Assembly: GCA_951406725.2 (NCBI GenBank)
Contig: OX597829.1
Location: 31,558,001 to 31,622,000, forward strand
Source of the DNA: Octopus vulgaris
Taxonomy: Eukaryota
Reading direction: 5' to 3'
Length of the DNA: 64,000 nt
The position numbers and the translations under genes are program-made. Positions 12,721 through 27,289 of this stretch are shown here, in pieces; the first letter of the stretch is position 1, and each line of letters opens with the position of its first letter. Below the pieces are notes generated by a model. That model saw nothing but the letters and a program-made list of their open reading frames with translations, was not told the DNA's origin and searched no databases.

Positions 12721-13407
12721 GCAGAATTTGATAATGCAATCTAAGTCTGATTTTGAGGAGCAAATTAGTCTAATAGAGGGTCTGGTGAAGAAGTTGGGTT
12801 TATGGTCCTTCAGGGTGAAATAGACGGGGCGGGGTGTTGAGGTTCGGTTCTATTTTGCGGTCGATTTGCTTGATTAAAGGGGGTGCTTCAGCATGGCTGC
12901 AGTCAAATGACTGAAACAAGTTTTTTAAAAAATCTTTTCTTGAGTTTTTAGATTTAGTCGAGTTTCGTTAACTTCATATAATGTACTATTTTTCCAAGAG
13001 CCCCTTTCATTTGACCTGGATATGCTAAATTTTTGCTGCATTTTTGATTTTTCTGATCTCTAAGGATGGATATTGTCGTGTATGAATCTGTTTTCAAATG
13101 TAATTCAGGAGAAGTGAAGAGGCAAATTTACCTTAGTTTGTCTTTCTCATTTTGTCTCACCTTAATTTGTTTTTTGTACACTCAGAGAGAACAGCGATAA
13201 TTTTCTGAAATAATATTCTGAATATGTTATAGTGTTTTTGATGCATTTTAGAGAAAGTCAATTGTTTAGCTGATATAGTTTTCCTAAGGTAGTGAACATG
13301 TGTAAAACATATATTTTTTCTCAAAGGCAAAAATGCAATAAATATTACTCATTGTGCCCCACGAACCTCCATCCTTTTCACTCTTACATGAAATTTGCTA
13401 TGTATTC

Positions 13408-13800
13408 TTTTCTACTCTAGGCACAAGGCCCGAAATTTTGGGGAAGGGGGGCAGTCGATTAGATCGACCCCAGTACGCAACTGATACTTAATTTATCGAC
13501 CCCGAAAGGATGAAAGGCAAAGTCGACCTCGGCGGAATTTGAACTCAGAACGTAGCGGCAGGCGAAATACCTATTTCTTTACTACCCACAAGGGGCTAAA
13601 CACAGAGAGGACAAACAAGGACAGACAAACGGATTAAGTCGATTATATCGACTCCAGTGCGTAACTGGTACTTATTTAATCGACCCCGAAAGGATGAAAG
13701 GGAAAGTCGACCCCGGCGGAATTTGAACTCAGAACGTAACGGCAGACGAAATACGGCTACGCATTTCGCCCGGTGCGCTAACGTTTCTGCCAGCTCGCCT
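13408..13800 (-). mobile_element. SINE family B, dimeric
   Basis: Two copies of ATCGACCCCGAAAGGATGAAAGG.AAAGTCGACC.CGGCGGAATTTGAACTCAGAACGTA; head ...TTCTGCCAGCTCGCC. Confidence 0.85.
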
Positions 13801-14412
13801 CTATGTATCATGTGATTGTGTTCCTTATTCCGACTGCTAGTATCAGGAATTACTTTAATGGCCATGTTAATACTGTCGACATATCGATAGTCCAGTACAG
13901 CAGCTGTGTTTGTAGCAGCTAATGTTTGTCTTAATTGTCTTTCCAACCACATTACACAAAGATTTGACATTTCCAGCAGTTTCAAACCCGACAGCACCGC
14001 CTTTCATCTGTTTAAAAAATGTGTTATAGAATTTTAATGTGATTTTTTCTAATGTGGCTTTAAAGCTGATAAAAATACTTGCATAATTGTGCTTTGTTAC
14101 TGTTATTGTGAACGGCGCTGGGTTGGTTAATTTCAACCACTTGGTATTTACTGTTACGTATAAAGACCCCTGGAGGTCTTTTCAACATCTAGTGTAGAGC
14201 AGGTAAGACATAAATTCCCCAGGTTATGTCGAGGTAAGTGTTTCTTAGTAAAGGTTAAGGTCAAAGATGGACCCAGTTAATCAACATCAGTACTATGGAC
14301 TATCTCTTTACTTTCTCCGGGTCCACATATTTGTCAATATCAAAATTGGCATCACTAATTTGAAAGAGTGCCCGTAATCAAGTGGTTAGGACATTGGATT
14401 CAAATTCTAGAC

Positions 14413-14578
14413 CAGGAGAGGCATTATGTCCAAGAGAGGCATTATGTCCAAGAGAGGCATTATGTCCAAGAGAGGCATTATGTCCAAGAGAGGCATTATG
14501 TCCAAGAGAGGCATTATGTCCAAGAGAGGCATTATGTCCAAGAGAGGCATTATGTCCAAGAGAGGCATTATGTCCAGG
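14413..14578. repeat. 18-bp minisatellite x9 inside a degenerate SINE
   Basis: Unit CCAAGAGAGGCATTATGT repeated nearly perfectly; flanks resemble a tRNA-SINE head (AGTGGTTAGGACATTGG...TTCAAATTC) and body (GAGCAAGG..CTTCATTTC.CGTTG.TCCAGT). Confidence 0.9.
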
Positions 14579-16245
14579 AGCAAGGTGCTTCATTTCCCGT
14601 TGATCCAGTCCATCCTGCTAAAACTGAATACCGGTTTAGTCCTGATGCAGCGCTTTCTCCCTCTAACTGTCATTTCTTCTATCTTTCGTTGGGTCAAATG
14701 TCGGGAATGTTAAGGTATTTCAAATAAATACAGAAAGCACAGCACGTATTACCAAGTCATACTCGCTCGCAAGTGACGGCTGTGCTTATGGTCGCTGCCT
14801 TTAATATAGTTGGGAGATAATCCTCAGAGTTACATTCATTCATCCTCCTAAAGAGGTTCTCCTTGCTAATGCATGCAGCTGTATGCATGAGCAAGGAGAA
14901 CCTCAACTACCTCAGAACATACTATGTTTGCTGTTGTTAGCATTGCCAGTAACACAGACAACAACATGGTTTGTGGCCGATCCAGTTACACAATATGTCA
15001 GAGTTTTATGATCCTACAAAAGCCATACAGAGACGACTTCGTTAGTATTTGCCTGGAAATTATTTACTGTCCAATTTGACTGCTATTCCATGCAACTCGA
15101 GCTGTCAAGTAATTTTTTTTGCGTTGTACCATACAAGCCTACTTATTACTACCGTTGTTGTTGTTGTTTCTGCTGTTGTTGTTTCAGCTGTTGCTGTTGC
15201 TGTTGGTGTTGTTGTTGCTGCTGCTGCTCTTCCTCCTCCTTCCCCTCCCCCTGCTGTGGTTCTTTAACCTAAGTCAACTCTTACTAAAGAGACCTTTGAT
15301 AAATGCATTCGAACCATGACCATTCCGTACGTTTAGAAGTATGTCTCGGATCACATTTCCCAATGCAGTAGGGTACGATTCGGCGGAGGGGTATTTAGCT
15401 GTTATTTCTAGCAGATAGATCGACAATATAGCAGCGTTGTCACTATCTTGTGTTCCCATCGTACTACCATAGTAGCTCAGAGTGATTGTTCACTAAAATC
15501 AGATACTCATCGTTTGATGAATCATAAGAATTGATAAATGAGTAAATGTCCAACCACAGTTTTTGTTAACTTTAAACGTATGAATGGTAAACACTCATCC
15601 ATTACATGGATGCCACACCTGCACAAATTGATTAGTAGTACTGACGATCTTACTTTTACCATAGCAAGACGAACCACACCAGCAACAAATAAGTATGTTT
15701 ACCATAAAGACAGCGCAAAACCGGAGGTAGATTAGGAAATCTTGACTCGCGAGGCTGACAATACAGTTAACTCTGCCGCTATCTGTATCAAAATAACACC
15801 CTGTTGAAACTGAATAAACTTACAAAAAAATTTTCCAGTTCAAGGAATGATCGTACAGGGCTAGAAATGGGGTAACGTAAGACTAAAACGTAGAGATATA
15901 GTAGAAACTGTAATAATTATGAAAGTTGTAGTAGAGTTGTAGGAAGAGTGTAATAATTGGGTAAATGGTAGTGGGGGAGCAGAAACAGGGCAGCTTCAAA
16001 CGAAATACTGTTCAGCACTTAGTTCTGTCTTTTGTGTTCTACACTCGAATTTTGATGCAGACCATTTGACCACTCAGCTTGCTAAGGTCAAAGAAATATA
16101 TACAAGTATGCACCGTGACCGTTTCAATGACCCATCCACGTTTCTACAAATGAATTGCTTCTTGTATCTGCAAAGGAATAGACATGAATAATTAATTTCC
16201 CGGTTTCTTTATAGAAAAAAAAATTAATTGAATTAAAATGGGTGC

Positions 16246-16402
16246 AGGCGCAGGCGTGGCTGTCCAGTAAGAAGCTTACTTTCCAAGCACATGGTTCCGG
16301 GTTCGGTCCCACTGCGTAGCACCTTGGGAAAGTGTCTTGGGCCGACCAAAGCCTTGTGAGTGGATTTGGTAAACAAAAATTGAATGTCTGTCGTATATGG
16401 AT

Positions 16403-16465
<63 letters not shown>
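16246..16465 (+). mobile_element. SINE family A, 5' part
   Basis: AGGCGCAGGCGTGGCTGT...CATGGTTCCGGGTTCGGTCCCACTGCG...GCCGACCAAAGCCTTGTGAGTGGATTTGGTA followed by (GT)n. Confidence 0.85.
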
Positions 16466-16466
<1 letters not shown>

Positions 16467-16522
16467 GCGTAAATCAACATTTACTGCTTAGTCTGTTTTT
16501 CGGACTATCTTATCTTTGACGT

Positions 16523-16558
16523 GTTATTGACACAGTGGTTCGATCGTCTTCAGATAAT
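16523..16558 (-). ncRNA. Degenerate hammerhead-like motif
   Basis: Minus strand: CTGAAGA-cgatc-GAAC-CACTGT-GTC-aataac; core nearly intact, stem I poor. Confidence 0.3.
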
Positions 16559-17323
16559 TGATATTACTGAGAAAAAGGCTTGAACCTTAAATATTTTAGA
16601 TTCTCTTGCGGTTATGTGACTATTTTATGTTGTGGACTGAAAACCGGCTATGATCGGTACAATGCGTTGAGTGCCGTAACACGGTGAGTAGAAGCTCAAC
16701 TGAGCCAAGTTTATGAAGAGCATACCTGTGTAAGTCTGTCTAATAAAGCTCTTAACAATCCAAATTATACTTTCTAAAAGAATTGACTTAACTACACTCT
16801 AAACTCTAAAACACTCAAAATGCATAGTGTTTCAAAGCTGACAGAGGTGAGCTGTACTTATATACGTTTCCTATTTGCAACCAAATACGTTGGGCCGATG
16901 AGTATTGAGTGTCTGTCACATATACGGCTAAACAGAAAAATGTTAGTGATATGATGCGAATTGCTAATTCTCAATCAGATATGATAGCCCAGTAAATGAA
17001 TATCCTAACAGCTCGGCTTCGTACACCCTCGTGAAAATGATTATATATACTGAAATTTACCTATTCTGTCATCGTTTTGTTTCTAATATCCCAAATCGCT
17101 GTTCTATTTACTTAAAAGAGATTATCTCTGGGACAACTTAATGTAAATTCAGGTCACCATGGTGACTCGCAAGAAAAGCTTTGAGTCTGTTATGTAAATA
17201 TGTCAAGGAACAAAGTATTCTTAATATCTAAAGATTGTCCTGTTATGCTTGACTTCTAGAGAGATATTTCTCGTGGTCTGATACAAAATAAAGATAGAAA
17301 TGAATGAATAAGTAAATAGATAA

Positions 17324-17366
<43 letters not shown>

Positions 17367-17937
17367 GTAAATAAATAAATAAAATAAAACAGCTTCAAGT
17401 TTTTAAATGGAACTTGAGAACATTCTATAGAGGTAAAACGATATGTGCAAATTACTTTTATTCACATCCAAAATATCGTTCTCAATCGCTTCATTTTATT
17501 CGAAAGCAAATATTTCATTTTGTTATTTCTGCGCATGATTAAAAACAAATACTTTACTTTTCTTCTCGAAATGTGTTACAATAGAAATACCTTTACAAAT
17601 ATCTCTGAAAAGACGAACCTAAAGAAACAAAAATTCCTTTCTTAGTATTTGCTTTCCAAGAACCAGTAATAAAATACGTCTTTATTGACGAAGAGATCCA
17701 ATGTATTTTTAAACTGTCGCTGACGCAGAGGTAATAATTTATTCTAGATTTTGTAGTGTTTAACGATAATAGGCATGTTGATGTAAATTCGTTTTTTTTT
17801 TATAAATACATAGGTATATAAATACATACATCACACACACACACACACAGACGCAAACGCATGCGCACATAAGGATAGCATCTTAGACGAACAGAATGGA
17901 GTAAGTGGTACCAGAGCACACACGAAAACGAAAAAAA

Positions 17938-17982
17938 TGTCGCTGAAGAGGCCACAGATGTGTGACGAAAGATTTCCGGACA
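17938..17982 (+). ncRNA. Type-I hammerhead-like motif
   Basis: TGTCG-CTGAAGA-g-GcCACA gatg TGTGaC-GAAA-GATT-TC-CGGACA: canonical core, near-palindromic stem III, stem I with one bulge. Confidence 0.5.
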
Positions 17983-18154
17983 ATGGACATGAGTTAAAAT
18001 TAAAAAAAGAGGAAAGAAGAACAGTGATAAGCGAGTGGAGAACAAATATATAGTGCGTGTGTCTATTTGGCAAAAAAAATTACCGTCCCGAAATACAATA
18101 TCTGTTTCAACACACGACTTCACATCAGGAATCTTACAACAGAAATTGATAAAC

Positions 18155-18197
<43 letters not shown>

Positions 18198-18361
18198 ACA
18201 GGGCACAGAAACTGTGTCAATAGCCAGCTGGATGAGGTATCCTCCTGGGTCTACAAGCTACAGTAGCATCCACCCTTAAGGGTTAACCACATTTAAGTGG
18301 CAAATATACTTCTCGATGTCGTTCAGCTACTGTTTATACCTCACTCAGGGATTTATTATTG

Positions 18362-18427
<66 letters not shown>

Positions 18428-18433
<6 letters not shown>

Positions 18434-18797
18434 TCAACTTGTGTGTCTGTGTGTTTAATTTGCCGGCACATCTCCTAGCCAACAAATCGTAGAACCACCA
18501 AAAATGGGTCACTTAAAGTTTAGGCGAATGAAAATTGAACTGCGCTATTTCGGTTCCGAAATTCATCTCGCAAGTGCAAAAATCGATAATGTGTTTGTTT
18601 AGGCCTTATCCCATGCATTGAATAGTGAACTTTACTCAGTTAGCTGTTTGACGTGAACTGTGTTCACCACGTCTGCAAGCATGCGTAAATTGCATGAAAA
18701 ATAAAAAATCAAGATATAAAAACGAATCGCCGTAAACATTGTAGAAATTCGGCAAAGAAATGAATTTTCGGGATGTAGCCTGGAGGGTTTTTTCGTA

Positions 18798-18820
<23 letters not shown>
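18428..18820 (+). mobile_element. Helitron-like non-autonomous element, 5' part
   Basis: (TA)n-TAAAACTCAACTTGTGTGTCTGTGTG start, same style as 63100 and 4500. Confidence 0.4.
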
Positions 18821-18851
<31 letters not shown>

Positions 18852-18886
18852 AAAAGGAGATGTGGAACACGAGTTGTGATAAATAA

Positions 18887-19182
18887 AAAAAGGAAATGAA
18901 GAAAATGCTGACAAAATAATTTAAGTAAGGAGAGTGTATTTAATTAGGTGAAAGTTCTTTTTACCGGTTGCGCATTTGTTATGCTTATCAAAAGATATTT
19001 TGAGTGAGATAGAGTTCCTTTCTGATTGAGAAAAAAAATCAATCAGAAAGGAACTCTATCTCACTCAAAATATCTTTTGATAAGCACAACAAATGTGCAA
19101 CCGGTAAAAAGAACTTTCACCGAACTAAATACACTCTCCCTTACTTAAATTATTTTGTCGGCATTTTCTTCATTTCCTTTTT
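18887..19182. mobile_element. Fold-back element (~143-bp arms) between (TA)n tracts, Penelope-like pLTR remnant
   Basis: Arms 18887-19029 and 19039-19182 are reverse complements; each arm holds a degenerate HHR-like motif (TCTTT-tTGATAA-GCAC..GTGC-AA-CCGG-TA-AAAAGA at 19073-19112). Confidence 0.75.
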
Positions 19183-19241
19183 ATATATATATATATATAT
19201 CATCATATATATATGTATGTATGTATATATATATATGTATG

Positions 19242-19304
<63 letters not shown>

Positions 19305-19312
<8 letters not shown>

Positions 19313-19576
19313 TATGATAGAAGGCTAACTCTTCCTTCCATAGAAGAAAAAATTCAAATCGGACCATGTTAACACCCAAAATTATTTACATCAAAAAGGT
19401 GCCTTTTTTCTATGAAAATTTCTATTTTTTTACGATGTTTTGACTGCTGTGTCGCCATTTTTCGGTGTATTTCACTTAAAGAGAATATCAAGCTACATAC
19501 TGCCAAATTTTTACTTTTCAAAAATTCCAATTCTAAAGGGTCTAAACAAACCGCAACGCCGGGCGATACGGCTAGT
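19305..19576 (+). mobile_element. Helitron-like element, 3' part
   Basis: Ends GCAACGCCGGGCGATACGGCTAGT-(AT)n, same terminus as 63450-63470. Confidence 0.55.
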
Positions 19577-19837
19577 ATATATATATAATTTTTGGTAATT
19601 TAAAGTATTTGGATGTCTTCATCCACAAAATTTATTTTATAATCTTATACACCGTATTATAATGAACTACACGTGTTTCTGCTGCACCGACTACTCACGA
19701 CTGCAGATGCAACTTTCCATTATTATCGGTGCGGCTTCTTCAAGATCCATCCATTTGGTCAGCCTCGAAGTGAATGAAATAAAGTTTTATCCGTTAGTGT
19801 TCTGCGGAGGGAGGGAAGGCGTGTCTGTATGTATGTA

Positions 19838-19908
<71 letters not shown>

Positions 19909-20807
19909 CAAAAGAGTTAGTGGTTGTTAATCCAACCAACTAAGGGATAATATCTATCCAATATACTGCTGGTAGAAAACCCATTTATTAATACACAAGT
20001 GTTTTTTTTTTATTTGCATGGCAATTACACTATTGAATGTAATAAATGGGTGAGCGTAAATAAGCTTTTTACCCTTAATTTATACAGCAATAAGAAAAGG
20101 GAAAGGATCAATGGGTGGTATTCATCAACTTTTAAACATTATATTATGTCTATTTTTTTTTTAAAAACCATCTTAACAATATTCATACATGTATAGCATA
20201 ATATGCTTTACATATACAATATATAAAAATACCAGTAATTATTAAAATAGTATATACACAGAACAACATAGAGAAGGCACGATACCCAGAGGGAATTGTC
20301 AAGAACAGAAATGCTCATATATATATACACATATATTTTTTTTAATTTGTTTACGGGAAACTTTTGAATATGCAAATAAAGCCCCTATGTCATTATGCCG
20401 GCCACAGTCTAATGACGCTGGCTGGTGAACCAGATTTTTGGGGGTTGCATCGAGCTATACCGATACAATATAGGATAAATATAATAATAATAACAATAAT
20501 CCTTGGATGGAATTTATGAACATGTCTCTTAAGATCACACTCCGTATTCCTGGGATGATTACAGTGTTGAACATAGTGGGCATCGGGTAGATCATGTTCA
20601 TGGATTCATCTCTTCAGGCGATATAACACTAATGGATGTTTAATTGACGTTTGTTTATCCCTTTTGACCAGTGAGAAAGTTGATTGAATTATGTGGTTAT
20701 TTCTGTGTGTATTTGGTGGAGAGGAGGGGTGAGGGAAAGAGAGGAAGGAATGGTAGTTATATGAGGATGGAGGTGTGTCTAGTCATATTGGACTTATTTT
20801 GCTATAG

Positions 20808-21190
20808 TGGAGACGCAATGTCCCAGTGGTCAGGGAAGCAGACTCGCGGTCATAGGATCGCGGTTTCGATTCCCAGACCGGGCGCTGCGAATGTTTATTG
20901 AGCGAAAACACTTAAAGCTTCGTGAGACTCCAGCAGGGGTTGGTGGCGAACCTTGGAGTACTCTTGCACTGCAACTTTCTCTCACTCTTTCTTCCTGCTT
21001 CTCTTGTACCTATATTTCAAAGGGCCAGCCTTGTCACACTCTGTGTTACGCTGAATCTCCCCGAGAACTACGTTAAGGGTACACGTGTCTGTCGAGTGCT
21101 CAGCCATTTGCACGTTAACTTCACGAGCAGGCTGTTCCGTTGATTGGATCATCTGGAACCCTCGTCGTCGTAACCGACGGAGTGCCGCGG
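20808..21190 (+). mobile_element. tRNA-derived SINE (family D-related head)
   Basis: GTGGAGACGCAATGTCCCAGTGGTCAGGG..GACTCGCGGTC..GGATCGCGGTTTCGATTCC (A/B boxes); CAACTTTCTCTCACTCTTTC shared with 29378. Confidence 0.75.
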
Positions 21191-21865
21191 TAAAATTTTG
21201 CTATTCAGTCTGCAGATGTCAAGGATGGACAGTACATTCCTTTGATCTCATTTAAGGAATGACCATATTCAATGGAGTCTGAAGCAAACAAGATCAGCGG
21301 GTGCAGCCGCTACAGCCATCAGCTGTTGGAGTTCATTGTCGGAATTGATAAATGATACTTTCTTAGGGTGGCCTTTTAGATATTTCTGGTGTTGCAGTGG
21401 TATACTGTACAGCATCCCCAATATTGATCGGTTTGTTTATTTGTTTGTGCTCCTTCCTTGTTCTACGTATTTAAAACGTAAATGGATGTTGATGCTTGTC
21501 GACAGATGGCTCCATTTGTAATGTTTCTGACGTTGATTAAACGACGATACAACGACCACAACATTAACAAAAATTGCATAATCGCAGCATGTTTATTTGC
21601 AACATAATATTTGCAGTTAAGGAATTTCCTTGTATATATTCTTTTAAACTAATCATTATAACTGACTTTTGGGCACGTAAATACATACACACATACATAC
21701 ATACATACATGCACACACATACATACATACATACATACATACATACATACATACATACATACATACATACACACATACATACACACATACATACACATAC
21801 ATGCATGCATATATATATGCACACACACAAACACATATGCATATTTATATATGTATATGTGTGTA

Positions 21866-21920
<55 letters not shown>

Positions 21921-22401
21921 TGGTACACCGGCGATTATAATTAATTTTATTGTATCGCATTTAACTTTGTTTATATATATATATATATATATATATACAT
22001 ACATACACGCCTCTGTGTGTGTGTGTGTGTGTGTGTAAATGTGTGTATGGAAGCGCACGAATAAATAGTTATGCATTCATTCACACACACGTGCGCACAC
22101 ATACACAGATACTTACATACATACACATAAACATACATCTAAATACGCATTGTTTCGTAATGGTTTCCTCGTTTCCAATCACGGATGTTTTACTAATGTC
22201 CTTATTTGATTATTTAATTTTAGAACTTGTCTACTTCAAACTAATATGCACTTTGTATTTCGCTGTGGCTTTTCTTTCATTTTCATATGAGGCCAACATT
22301 GTGTAATCCTCAATCTGCAATCCTTGTGTCACGCTGCGTACACTTAGAAAAGTTGTTTTACAGCTTGCTTGCTAGCTGTTCATATTGCCTCAGTCATACA
22401 G

Positions 22402-22444
<43 letters not shown>

Positions 22445-22450
<6 letters not shown>

Positions 22451-22640
22451 TTAATCCAAACAAGAAAACACAGAAAAAAAGAGAAAAAAACACAGCAACG
22501 CAGGACGTGGAACAATTAAAGTATTATTGACGCTCAGGAAAGAAGGGAAGGAGGGTTTAACGTTTCGAGCGGAGCTCTTCGTCGGAAACAAGGAGAAGGA
22601 AAGATCCCAAGGAGGGAAGACAGAGGAGAAAATATTTGAG
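22445..22640 (-). mobile_element. Penelope-like pLTR remnant
   Basis: Abuts (TA)n; carries the HHR motif at 22555; similar to 1990-2356. Confidence 0.55.
22555..22589 (-). ncRNA. Minimal type-I hammerhead motif, CCGACGA variant
   Basis: Minus strand: GTTT-CCGACGA-A-GAGC tcc GCTC-GAAA-CG-TT-AAAC. Confidence 0.6.
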
Positions 22641-22873
22641 CTGGTGGTGCTCAAGAGATCACAATGAATAGGTGTCTAATGCATATATATATATATTATA
22701 TACACTAAATTTGCATGGAGACATCATACATTATGTACACTAAATACGCATGGCAAAGCAAGAGTAAAATTAGATACAAAGTATGTTAACTAAAATCAGA
22801 AAGACACTAATCATGGAACAGATGAGCATAACATCAAAATCTCACAAAACGAAATGCGAAATGCCCTTAGCAT

Positions 22874-23031
22874 AGGTACAGGTGTGGCAGTGTGCTAAGA
22901 AACTTGCTTCCAATGACATGGTTCTGAGTTCAGTCCAACAGCATTGTACCTTGGGCAAGTGTCTTCGACTATAGCCTCGGGCCGATCAAAGCCTTGTCAG
23001 TGGATTTGTTGGACGGAAATTGAAACCCGTC

Positions 23032-23073
<42 letters not shown>

Positions 23074-23081
23074 GTGTGTGT

Positions 23082-23123
<42 letters not shown>

Positions 23124-23405
23124 GTGTGTGTGCGTGTGTGTGCACGCGTGTGTGTGCACGCGTGTGTGTGCACGCGTGTGTGTGCACGCGTGTGTGTGTG
23201 TGTGTGTCTTTGTGCTTGTCTCCCACCATCGCTTAACAACAGATGGCGGTGTGTTTACATCCCCGTAACTTAACGGCTCGGCAAAAGAGACCGATAGAAT
23301 ATGCACCAGTACTTTTACGAAAAAATAAGTACCGGGGGTCGATTCATTCGACTAAAAATCGCCCCAGCATGGCCACAGTCTAATGACTGAAACAATGAAA
23401 AGATA
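22874..23405 (+). mobile_element. SINE family A, full length with internal (GT)n
   Basis: Head, internal microsatellite and tail ...CCAGCATGGCCACAGTCTAATGACTGAAACAA. Confidence 0.85.
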
Positions 23406-24973
23406 AGAAATATATCAATCCACAAATCAACACCAATTATATAACTACAAAAATGGAAGCACTAAAATTCTCAGATGTGATTATCAACCGACCATAAGCA
23501 AGGAATGTGATTTATAGATTCGATTATAGAAGTGAAAGTTGTTAACTCCATGTCTTCGACTCTTATATTGGCCTTATAATTAACAACAACTGAGTCTCTT
23601 ATGGGATTACCATGTACTTACAATAACGAGCAATTGCAACATATTCTGCCCCACAACACCAAACAAAGCGAGATTAGAAGTCATTAGTAGACAACGCATA
23701 AGGTAAAGAATTCCCTACAAAAATAAATGATTAATGATGAAAACATTATTCATATCACAGCATTAGGGCAAAATAAACACAGAGACAACAGGCATAATTC
23801 ATAGACAGACTAAAAATGCGATTGACGCATAAACCTACTATCAAAAAAGCCAGTTATACATGTCCACAACACTTCAAAAATTGAAGAGAATATTGTGAAA
23901 GTGTAGAAACGTTGAGAATGGATCTAGGAAACTTATCGTTCCAAAAGAAGTGTCACAGCCTCGCAAGAAAATACAGGAGAAAATAAAAAGCAAGAATGTA
24001 ATAGTGTTTTCAATAAAATGAACGAACAAACACACACATACAAACAAACAACAATTACACAGTGGTAAAGTCTTCGTAACCATTGTCTCTCATAACCACG
24101 AATAATTTATGAAATGAAAGCTTGTAACTATCACATCCACCACCTCTCGTGTGATATCGTATTCAAATAATTGTTGTACTTTATGTAAATGCAAATGTTC
24201 AAGGCAATGAAAAGACATAGAGACTCTTACAAATATTAATGTGGTCATCCTCGCCTTCAAACGTAGCTTACGTAATATTGTGTACTATCAACTTTGAATT
24301 ATTGACTAAACTTTCTAAGAGTACATTGAGAGAAGAAAATCGAAAGAAAACGTTGACCAAACTATAAAATAGTCCGCCAAGAGCCTTCCCCAGAATTTCA
24401 TCCAACATGGGAAAAGGAATCATTGAACTAAATACCAGTAAATTACTAATTGACTCAATCATTTACGTTGATACATCACCTATGCTGATAGGAATTTTTA
24501 TTACGGCTTTGAAATCGTTAAAATTATAGCTACGTATAACTAGGGTTATGTGAAGGTATGGGGAAAAAACGACATTAAAAATAATTTCTACATAAGTCAA
24601 TCGGTAAAAAGTAACAAAGATAAAACAAGTTTCTTTTCTTTTTTTATCCGTAGATATGAATTTCTATAAAGATTTTCTCAAGTCATGCATTTCATGTTAT
24701 TCAACTTATTTGCTATTCACCGAAGTTTTTGTTATTTGAATGGACTATTTACAGGACGACCGTCTTTTTGCTGAAAGAAAAATATTCACATTCACAATAC
24801 ACACGCACACACACACAAACACTCACACACACACAAACACTCACACACAAACACACACAAACACACACAAACACTCACACACAAACACACACACACTCAC
24901 ACACACTCACACACACGCACACACGCACATACATACATACATACATACATACATACATACATACATACATACA

Positions 24974-25007
<34 letters not shown>

Positions 25008-25112
25008 CAAACATACATACATAGACGTATTTGTAGATATATATGTATACACACAGAAACATGATATTCTCGCGTCGGTTTCGTTGTTCAGCCACTGGAA
25101 CTACTACATATA

Positions 25113-25174
<62 letters not shown>

Positions 25175-25188
25175 CTGTCTGTGTGTGT

Positions 25189-25236
<48 letters not shown>

Positions 25237-25544
25237 GCGATATTGTGGTTATTGTATACTTTTGCCCTTAATGTCATGCAGAATCAGTCTAATGGTATAA
25301 GAAAATGCATGGAATCCGAGTTACATGTATTCAGACTAAATCTAAAGATTCTTTATGTCTCCTTTTGTTTTTTTGGGGGTTTTTTTCAGGTACAGCTTGA
25401 TGTGTTGAACGGTCAACGGCGTTGGAGAGCATACAGATTAAGGTTATAGTTGAGAAAAAGTTAGGTGACATGGAGGACTGAAAACAATCTGAAATATTGG
25501 GGGGAAAAAAGTGTTACCTGTATCACAATGATCCGCACCGGGTA

Positions 25545-25800
25545 TCAAAATACCAACATCATAACTTCAACTCATGCTCTGTGGACACTGTGAAGGTTGT
25601 AAGATGTCACATGGACATCGTGAAAACGAAGTTACCCCAAACTGTGATGATCTTTGGATGTGTTTCCGGTGAGGGTTACGTCATGCCCCCAACATCTTTG
25701 AACAGGCTCAATTCAGACGGTTATATGGAGCTGTGGTCAATCCCTGGCTGGAGAGGGTTGCTGCAGGAAGGCCATATGTGTACCAGCAGTATTCCGCCGT
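25545..25800 (+). pseudogene. Tc1/mariner-superfamily transposase fragment
   Basis: KTKLPQTVMIFGCVSGEGYVMPP...RLNSDGYMEL resembles the DDE/D catalytic region. Confidence 0.55.
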
Positions 25801-25889
25801 ACTATAATTGTAATGGATATAGACATCAACAAAAGTCTCACGTTATCAATAGTGAAAGACAATAGTTACTTTGAAAATAATTAAACACT

Positions 25890-26297
25890 ATGCGCAGGAG
25901 TGGCTGTGTGGTAAGCAGCTTGTTTGCCAACCACATGGTTTCTGGTTCATTCCCACTGCGTGGCACCTTGGGCAAGTGTCTTCTACTATAGCCTCAGGCC
26001 GACCAAAGCCTTGTGAGTGGATTTGGTAGACGGAAACTGAAAGAAGCCCGTCGTATATATATATATATGTATGTGTGTGTATATGTTTGTGTGTCTGTGT
26101 TTGTCCCCCCAACATCGCTTGACAACCGATGCTGGTGAGTTTACGTCCCCGTAAACTTGGCGGTTCGGCAAAGAGGACCGATAGAATAAGTACTAGGCTT
26201 ACAAAGAATAAGTCCTGGGGTCGATTTGCTCGACTAAAGGCGGTGCTCCAGCATGGCTGCAGTCAAATGACTGAAACAAGTAAAAGAGTAAAAGAGT
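25890..26297 (+). mobile_element. SINE family A, full length
   Basis: tRNA-like head GCGCAGGAGTGGCTGTGTGGTAAG...GGTTCATTCCC, internal (TA)/(TG) tract, tail GACTGAAACAAGTAAAAGAGTAAAAGAG. Confidence 0.9.
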
Positions 26298-26727
26298 ACA
26301 ACAACCAGCAGAAAATAATACTAAAACTTAATACTAAGGTATTAAGTTTTAAGCACAAGGCGTAACCGACAAAGAATACAGGTATATAACCAATTATTAA
26401 TGTGAAACAAGTATTGTTTACAGGTTACCAAAAATCCACAAAAATAATGCTATAAACGATTCCTGTGATAACATTCAAACAGGTAGATGAGTCATCATGT
26501 TACTTTAAATGTTCTTCGCTTTGCACAAATGCGTTAAAAATAGGACAAATAGTAGGTGCTATGTTATCCATCTATTGAATATATTTTAGGCGTATAAATC
26601 AGTGGTTTTCAGCCATTTTTTAATTTATTTATGGACCCTTTCGATTCCTATTTTATTAGGGTGGACCCTCATAGTCATTCGCAGTTAAAAATCTTATTAA
26701 GATTTTATAATTAAATATTAACAATTA

Positions 26728-27256
26728 TCTTTTACTTGTTTCGGTCATTTGACATTGGCCTAATCAACCCCAGTACTTATTTTCAGTTTAAGGTTGGTAT
26801 TTACTTTTATCGATCTTTTTGCCGAACCGCTAAGTTACAGAGACGTAAATACACCAACACTGGTTGTCAAGAGGTGGTGGAACACAAACAGACATAATCA
26901 CACATACACACACACATACATACATACATACATACATACATACATACATACATACATACATACATACATACATACATACATACATACATACATACATACA
27001 TACATACATACATACATACATACATACATACATACACACACACATACATACATACATACATACATACATACATACATTCATACATAGATACATACATACA
27101 TACATACACACATACATACATACATACACACACACATACATACATACATACATACATACATACATACATACATACATACATACACGCACACATACACGCA
27201 CACATACACGCACACATACATACATACATACATACATACATACATACATACATACA

Positions 27257-27289
<33 letters not shown>

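Noticed and set aside
14413-14578. CRISPR-like or repeat-protein interpretation of the 18-bp array
   Set aside because: No spacers, eukaryotic context, and it lies inside a SINE
20582-20622. Minus-strand CTGAAGA-gATGaatcCAT-GAAC motif
   Set aside because: Too many deviations (GAAC, poor stem I) to call; possibly a relic
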